Source of the DNA: Candidatus Bathyarchaeota archaeon
GTDB taxonomy: Archaea > Thermoproteota > Bathyarchaeia > Bathyarchaeales > Bathycorpusculaceae
DNA length: 64,000 nucleotides
NCBI GenBank assembly: GCA_963775465.1
Contig: CAVZIW010000003.1
Location: 320,001-384,000 of the forward strand
Reading direction: 5' to 3'
Both the position numbers and the translations under genes were made by a program. A model generated the notes under the pieces. It saw nothing but the letters and a program-made list of their open reading frames with translations. It did not search any database and was not told the origin of the DNA. Shown one piece after another: positions 58,379 to 64,000 of this stretch; positions within the stretch are counted from its first letter, which is position 1; the number at the start of each line of letters is the position of its first letter.

Positions 58379-60319
58379 ATGCCTCGTGAAATAGTGCTTG
58401 GAAACGGTTGCCTGACAGTTGCCATTGACAGCAAAATGAGCATTAGAGATTTTTCATACCCCCAAGAAGGTTTAGAAAATCACGCCAAGGGGCATCCATT
58501 TCGTTTAGGAGTGTGGGTTGACGGGGTTTTTTCGTGGGTAGGTGATGAGTGGAAGGTTTCTTTGAAGTATTTTCCAGATACTCTAGTGAGCAAATGTACA
58601 GCTTTTAACCCGAAGCTAAAACTTGAATTGAAGATAAACCACACAGTGGATAGTTTTCTTAACATATTTATAGAAAAAGTTCTTGTCAATAATTTGTCTG
58701 AAAAAGAACGAGATATTAGAGTGTTTTTTTCTCATGACTTTCATATCTACGGCGAAGAATCGGGAGATACTGCTTTTTATGAACCCGTCCACGAGTCAAT
58801 TGTGCATTATAAGCGTTGCAGATATTTCCTCATTAATGGTGTAACTCGATCTAATGATGGGATATATGAGTTTTCAACAGGTCAAAAAGAAGCGTTCGGA
58901 AGAGAAGGCACTTGGAAGGATGCAGAAGATGGAAAATTAGAAAAGAACCCCATCGCACAGGGATCTGTTGATTCCACAGTTTCTTTCAAGCTTGAACTAA
59001 AACCAAACGCATCAGACATTATTTATTATTGGATTGCATGTGGACAAAACATCAAAGAAGTTAAAGACCTGAATGTTTTGGTTAAGAAAGAAAAAGTAGA
59101 GCATTTACTTTTGAAAACAGAAAACTATTGGAGTGCATGGACTAACAGGCGAAGCATCGATCTTTCGGTTTTGCCTCGAGAAATATCGAGTATAGTGAAG
59201 AGATCGCTTCTAACTATGAGAAATCATGTTGGCGACAACGGTGCAATAATCTCCTCATGCGACTCCGATGTTCTATTTTACAATAAGGATACATACGCCT
59301 ATGTTTGGCCAAGAGACGCTGCAATATGTGCTATGGCGTTTGATGCTGCAGGTTTTCAGGAAATTTCTCGATTATTTTTCAATTTTTGCGAAAGAATAAT
59401 CTCTGATGAGGGGTATTTTGCTCATAAATATTGGTCTGATGGCTCTCCGGGAAGCAGTTGGCATGCATTAATTGATGAGACTGGTCGTCATCAGCTTCCA
59501 ATTCAAGTGGATGAGACGTCTCTTGTTTTGATTGCCCTTTGGAAACACTTTGAAAAATATCAAGATGTGGAATTTATTAGCAAAGTTTACCCTAGATTAA
59601 TTGTTAATACGGCGGATTTCTTAAGAAGCTACGTTAATCCGGAAACGGGGTTGCCAAAACATTCATTTGATATGTGGGAAGAGCGGGCTGGGACTTTCAC
59701 GGCTAGTGCTTCTTGTGTCTGTGCTGCTTTGTCTGCTGCGGCTAGGTTTGCTGAGGTTTTTTATGATAGAAAGCGCCAAACGGAGCTCAACAATGTTGCT
59801 GATCAAATGAAGTCTGCAATTGTGAAATATTTATATGATGATCATCTTAAGCGGTTCATTAGAGGTTTCTACCCGAACGGTCAACTCGACACAACTTTGG
59901 ATAGTAGTTTAAGTTTTGTTTTCTTGTCTGAGACTTTTGGGGTTCAAGATAAAGGTGTCGTGGAGACAATGAATTCTTTGGAAGAGACCCTTTGGAATTC
60001 CGGTTCTTTTGGAGGGATGGCTAGATATGAAAACGACGAGTATTATCGTGTTTCAAGAAATGTTGTAGGTAATCCTTGGGTAATTTGTACTCTTTGGCTC
60101 GCTCGATGGTACATTGCAAAGGCAACTTCAAAGAATGATTTAAAGAAACCTTTGGAGTTGCTTGGTTGGGTAGAGAAAACTGCTTCTCCGACAGGCCTTT
60201 TAGCAGAACAACTTGATCCTTTTAAAGGAAATTTAATTTCAGTATCTCCCTTGACTTGGAGCCACGCGGAATTTGTCTTGGCTGCAAGTGAATTTGTGGA
60301 AAAATTTAAGAAAATGTGA
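58379..60319 (+). CDS. GH15 glucoamylase-family glycoside hydrolase
   Basis: YVWPRD, Q.DET, DMWEE, LLAEQ and PLTWSHAEF motifs. Confidence 0.9.
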   Translation: MPREIVLGNGCLTVAIDSKMSIRDFSYPQEGLENHAKGHPFRLGVWVDGVFSWVGDEWKVSLKYFPDTLVSKCTAFNPKLKLELKINHTVDSFLNIFIEKVLVNNLSEKERDIRVFFSHDFHIYGEESGDTAFYEPVHESIVHYKRCRYFLINGVTRSNDGIYEFSTGQKEAFGREGTWKDAEDGKLEKNPIAQGSVDSTVSFKLELKPNASDIIYYWIACGQNIKEVKDLNVLVKKEKVEHLLLKTENYWSAWTNRRSIDLSVLPREISSIVKRSLLTMRNHVGDNGAIISSCDSDVLFYNKDTYAYVWPRDAAICAMAFDAAGFQEISRLFFNFCERIISDEGYFAHKYWSDGSPGSSWHALIDETGRHQLPIQVDETSLVLIALWKHFEKYQDVEFISKVYPRLIVNTADFLRSYVNPETGLPKHSFDMWEERAGTFTASASCVCAALSAAARFAEVFYDRKRQTELNNVADQMKSAIVKYLYDDHLKRFIRGFYPNGQLDTTLDSSLSFVFLSETFGVQDKGVVETMNSLEETLWNSGSFGGMARYENDEYYRVSRNVVGNPWVICTLWLARWYIAKATSKNDLKKPLELLGWVEKTASPTGLLAEQLDPFKGNLISVSPLTWSHAEFVLAASEFVEKFKKM

Positions 60320-60347
60320 TTAGAACAGATAGCTGAGGAGAAAATTT

Positions 60348-60659
60348 TTGGTGTTGCTCAAAGTTTGTGACTTAGATATTGCACCTTCGCCGGGGAGCCT
60401 CAAGGCGTTCAACGTTGGGTCTTTAGAGATCTTGATGTCTAACGTTAATGGACAGTTTTACTGTACGAGTGCTAGGTGTCCTCATTCTGGAGGTGCACCA
60501 CTGTCTGAGGGAACTCTGGATGGAATATTGTTAACTTGTCCTTGGCATGAAGCTCAATTTCGAGTGACTGATGGACAACTAATTAGGGGACCTGCCAAAG
60601 AGAATTTGCGCGTTTACAGAAATGTTGTTAAGGAGAATCAAATTTTTGTTGAAGTATGA
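60348..60659 (+). CDS. Rieske [2Fe-2S] ferredoxin
   Basis: CPH...CPWH motifs. Confidence 0.9.
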   Translation: MVLLKVCDLDIAPSPGSLKAFNVGSLEILMSNVNGQFYCTSARCPHSGGAPLSEGTLDGILLTCPWHEAQFRVTDGQLIRGPAKENLRVYRNVVKENQIFVEV

Positions 60660-60718
60660 ATCTTCCTGATGTAGCTTCATTGTTTGTTTGCAGACAGAGT
60701 TTGGGTCTGCTGTCTTGG

Positions 60719-60955
60719 TTACTTTGTTTTCTTTATGATTATGTGTATTGTCTTGTCTTCTTTGTTGCTTTTGATTATTTCGTAGTCTAAATGCTTGACG
60801 AGGCTTTGTATGTCTGATTCGGCGGCGGGGTCGTCGGCGATAACTTCTAGTGTTTCTCCGATGTTTAGTTTATCTAATTCTGGTCTTGTTCTGAATACTG
60901 GTTCGGGGCAGGTTAAACCTGTGAGGTCGAGTTTCTTGTTTGCGTTGGGGTTCAT
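60719..60955 (-). CDS. TusA/SirA-family sulfurtransferase
   Basis: LDLTGLTCPEP...LEVIADDP. Confidence 0.9.
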   Translation of the reverse strand: MNPNANKKLDLTGLTCPEPVFRTRPELDKLNIGETLEVIADDPAAESDIQSLVKHLDYEIIKSNKEDKTIHIIIKKTK

Positions 60956-61000
60956 GTGATCTTTTTCCTGTTTAAGTATTTGTTTATGAAAAGTTGTGGT

Positions 61001-61372
61001 TTAGAACCACATGGTGGCGTTGGCGTTTAGCGCTAAGTCGTTTAGGGTTGCGGCTCCTACAATTTTGACTCCTGGAATTAGGGTTACGTTGTCCCATCCG
61101 AGCATTTGTTTGGATGCTTCACATACGTCGATTTCAATTCCCATCTGGAGGGTCTTTTGTAGCATTTCTGCAACGCTTGGGAATGATCCGAGTTTTATTT
61201 TTTCAGCTGCACCGGGGTGGAGTATTCTTAGGGCTTGTCCTAAATAGTAGACTTTGGGGTTTAAACCCATGGCTTTAGCTGTTTGTGCTAAGACTAAGGG
61301 CGAATATTGCCTTTCGGGGTTGTCGCTGGTTTGTACATATAGAATAAATTTTTCATCTTTCAAAAAATTCAC
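61001..61372 (-). CDS. DsrE-family protein
   Basis: ERQYSPL.LA..A, VCEAS and VGAATL motifs; the start may be TTG 61363. Confidence 0.85.
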   Translation of the reverse strand: MNFLKDEKFILYVQTSDNPERQYSPLVLAQTAKAMGLNPKVYYLGQALRILHPGAAEKIKLGSFPSVAEMLQKTLQMGIEIDVCEASKQMLGWDNVTLIPGVKIVGAATLNDLALNANATMWF

Positions 61373-61583
61373 CTGTTTTTTCCTGTGCGTATTTAATTCG
61401 GGTGCCCATAATTAAATATAACGGTGTTATATTTGTTTTTTTATTATCAAATTGTCGACAAAGAGGTTGCTCATTAGGATGGTCCGGGGTGCGTTGCTGT
61501 AAAGATGCACTGCAACAGCCTAAGCTTCGTTTTAGCCATAATTCATAAAGTTGGAAGCCTTGCCGCGCTTTAAAAATTAAGGT

Positions 61584-62042
61584 TTATGGGAAGCCTGATA
61601 TCAGATCATACAGGTAGTTATCCCATTCTTTTGATTCTTTGTCTAAAATTTCAAGTACTTCTTTTAGAATTCTGTGATGTTTCTTCTCATCTTCTAAAAT
61701 ATTCAATATGAGTTGTTTAATTTTCTTGTCTGCTACAATTTCGCTGATGTCTTTTGCTTGTTTTAGCATTTGGGCTTCTTCTTCGATGTGGCTTGCAAGT
61801 TCTTTTTGTCCTATGGCTTTGCTTTCATCGCCTATTAATGCGTTTGAGTTAAGGTCTATGAGCATTTGATAAGTGTCTGAGTGTCTCATCGTGTCTAAAA
61901 TTATGCTGTGTATAAACAGTTTAATGACTGGGTTTTTTGCTGATTCATACATAGGAGTTAGCTTCTTAGCTGTTTGGTCTTCAAACTCTTTTTGTTTCTT
62001 AATTTTGCTAAGTGCATCTTCGTCTAATATTTTCCATGACAA
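61584..62042 (-). CDS. Ferritin-like four-helix-bundle protein A
   Basis: E...DTMRH / E...DEKKH diiron-type motifs; TTG 62042 after SD GAGGA. Confidence 0.8.
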   Translation of the reverse strand: MSWKILDEDALSKIKKQKEFEDQTAKKLTPMYESAKNPVIKLFIHSIILDTMRHSDTYQMLIDLNSNALIGDESKAIGQKELASHIEEEAQMLKQAKDISEIVADKKIKQLILNILEDEKKHHRILKEVLEILDKESKEWDNYLYDLISGFP

Positions 62043-62274
62043 CTGGGGTTCCTCATGTATTTTCAGGAACATTTCCTATTTAACTTTTTTAAAAATCATG
62101 AAATTAAATCCTTCGGTATTATTTTTGATGAAATTTGGAAGGTGCTCTTGTTCTGGTATTTTACTTTGTTATTGTTGTAAAATTCGAATTAGTTTGAATC
62201 AAAATATGGGAATTGGATAGCTATTTCCGAAACCTTGATGAACTAGGCTTAATATTGTCCAATTGGTTTTGAGA

Positions 62275-62754
62275 ATGGAGTCTAATAATAAACTTCTTGC
62301 CTTTTTGAGAAATCAGGTTGTTGTTGAGAATGAGATTGTTGCTTCTCTTGAAAAAACGCTAGTTGATATAAAGAATCCGGTGGTTAAGAGTGTGCTTAAA
62401 GGTGTTTCTTTGGATTCTGTGAAGCATGCTGACCTTTATTCGGCTGCTATAACTTTGTTGACGCAGTCTTCTACAGCTTTAAATCAAGACAATCTAGATA
62501 CTCAGCGCGCTTTGGTGCAGAAACACATCAACGTTGAGGCGGAGCTGATAAAGACTCTTCAAACAATGATACCTACTATTGAAAACGAGAAAGTCACGTT
62601 TCTGTTGAAATCCATTTTGAACGATGAAACTAAGCATCATGCTATGCTAAAGATGGTTTTGGAGATAATTGTTCATAGAGAAACTATTACCGAAGCTGAT
62701 TGGTGGGAAATGCTTTGGGAAGGCTCGCCTTTCCATGGTGGACCCGGCGGCTAA
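62275..62754 (+). CDS. Ferritin-like four-helix-bundle protein B
   Basis: E...DSVKH / E...DETKH motifs and C-terminal WWEMLWEGSPFHGGPGG. Confidence 0.8.
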   Translation: MESNNKLLAFLRNQVVVENEIVASLEKTLVDIKNPVVKSVLKGVSLDSVKHADLYSAAITLLTQSSTALNQDNLDTQRALVQKHINVEAELIKTLQTMIPTIENEKVTFLLKSILNDETKHHAMLKMVLEIIVHRETITEADWWEMLWEGSPFHGGPGG

Positions 62755-62853
62755 GAAAATTAGTGAAATAGCACCAATATGGTGAGCTAAGTAACTTGAG
62801 AAAAAAAGTTCACTTGTTAGCAGCATCTTAAGGTGGAGCTTTTCGAGGCTTTT

Positions 62854-63132
62854 TTAGTTCTTGCCAGTCTCAACTTTGGTTACTTCAATTATCGATTCAG
62901 CAGGGAAGTCGATCTTTTCGAGTGCTGCTTCAAGAGCCTTTTTGGAGGGGGCTTCAAATTCGATGAGGGCTTTTTCCACTTCTGCGTTCGACTCAGGAGC
63001 ACAGCAGTAGCAAGTTTTTAAAATGACATCTTTAATTCCGTTTTTCTCAAATATGTTGGTGGTGCCTATAACGCAGGTGAGGCGGTTAAGTTGGATTTGT
63101 GGTACCTTCGAGTTAACTATGAAACGTTTCAT
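62854..63132 (-). CDS. Hypothetical protein, DUF4242/SCO4226-like
   Basis: CYCC and FEAPSKKAL...FPAESIIEV pattern. Confidence 0.5.
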   Translation of the reverse strand: MKRFIVNSKVPQIQLNRLTCVIGTTNIFEKNGIKDVILKTCYCCAPESNAEVEKALIEFEAPSKKALEAALEKIDFPAESIIEVTKVETGKN

Positions 63133-63422
63133 GGTTTGTGTCTCTCGAATTTAAAATAAAACTAAGTGTCTAATAAGTTAAGCGTTAATATGACAAAGGT
63201 GGCGGTGCCGAACTAAAGAGCTGGGTTATTGCTCATTCTGGTAGTAAAATAAGTAACTATTTTTTCTCTGTATAGCATTGAATAACTTGGTGCGACTGTT
63301 GCTCTTTTTTCTTGTGCAATGCTCGAAAAATTAATAATTTTGAAACGATTGATTTAGACGTATTTGGGATATGCTTGAAGTTTGTCTGTTATGAGAAGCT
63401 CTTTACTCTTGACAACTTGAGG

Positions 63423-63770
63423 ATGAAGAGCGATGATTGGTTCATAGATAAAACGGTGTTTGGTTCAGAGATTAAGACGGTTGAAGTTCGTATCGGCAAA
63501 ACTTTGAGTTGGGAGAGGTTGGCGCAGTTGTTTCCTGAGGCGATATTTACAGAGCCATTAACATCTCAGTTTGTTATGAAATTTGACGGATTGACTTTTG
63601 TGAGGTTGAAGGATACTGATAGATTGGGTGAAACTGAGTTTGTTATCGAAGCTTGTGATGAGTTTGGCTACTGGCTTTTAGATGTTAAGACAGGAAAGCG
63701 TCTGTGTGATTCCCTTTTGGGGGCAGATGATAGGGGTGGAGCTAATAATTGTCTTCCGCAATGTCGATAG
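63423..63770 (+). CDS. Hypothetical protein
   Basis: Probable ATG start at 63423; protein-like composition, no recognised motif. Confidence 0.5.
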   Translation: MKSDDWFIDKTVFGSEIKTVEVRIGKTLSWERLAQLFPEAIFTEPLTSQFVMKFDGLTFVRLKDTDRLGETEFVIEACDEFGYWLLDVKTGKRLCDSLLGADDRGGANNCLPQCR

Positions 63771-63857
63771 TATGGTGTTGGTGGTTTAGGCGTGGTTGAT
63801 TGGTGTTCCACAAAGCATATATGGTGTAGTAATATATGGTGTATTCGGAGTTGTACT

Positions 63858-64000
63858 TTGACTTCGAACCAACAACCAGAAGCTAAAAAACCTTTTTTTG
63901 ATAATAAACGACTCGCTTTTACCGCAACAATACTCATAGTCGTTGCTTTAGCAGTGGCAGTATTAAGCTACGGTTCTCTTACAAACAACACAACAAACGA
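63858..64000 (+). CDS. 3'-truncated exported or membrane protein
   Basis: TTG start after GGAG: MTSNQQPEAKKPFFDNKRLAFTATILIVVALAVAVLSYG...; the frame runs off the window. Confidence 0.55.
   Translation, partial: MTSNQQPEAKKPFFDNKRLAFTATILIVVALAVAVLSYGSLTNNTTN

Noticed and set aside
61465-61550. Possible riboswitch upstream of dsrE
   Set aside because: Only short competing stems; no match to any aptamer consensus I recognise.
383-63937. Numerous 60-230 aa antisense or nested ORFs in the track
   Set aside because: They overlap well-supported genes on the opposite strand or frame and lack motifs.
1-64000. Transposase, intact integrase, rRNA, CRISPR array or provirus structural genes
   Set aside because: None was recognised in the translations or the spacers; this is visual inspection only.

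Overview
This is an archaeal chromosomal segment, most likely from Bathyarchaeia (TACK); the taxon is my inference from the gene complement. Housekeeping content: an archaeal mevalonate/isoprenoid block (AcnX large+small, IPK, IDI-2, GGPP synthase) with gltX, srp19, rps8e, smc-scpA-scpB, glyA, serA, eno-rps2-MEMO1, trmY, thiL, ABCE1, top6BA and three tRNAs (intron-containing Ser-GGA, Thr-CGT, Pro-TGG). Accessory content: a GT4/six-hairpin/CBS/GH130 cluster, iron and oxygen-stress genes (FprA, a secreted multicopper oxidase, DtxR-FeoA/FeoB, a GC-rich catalase with divergent Fur/PerR, a ferritin-like pair, Rieske/TusA/DsrE) and a small decayed island between two tRNAs. The most notable items are missed or truncated by the ORF track. 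They are a 22-aa Glu/Trp micropeptide with a strong SD directly upstream of ABCE1, a probable C/D-box guide RNA, a frameshifted ORF reading through tRNA-Pro, a 41-aa Cren7-like zinc ribbon, CTG/ATA starts for feoB and catalase, tandem DtxR operators, and a glutamine amidotransferase coupled to a Dph6-family ligase. No CRISPR, rRNA or intact transposase was seen. All product calls come from motif recognition, not database searches.
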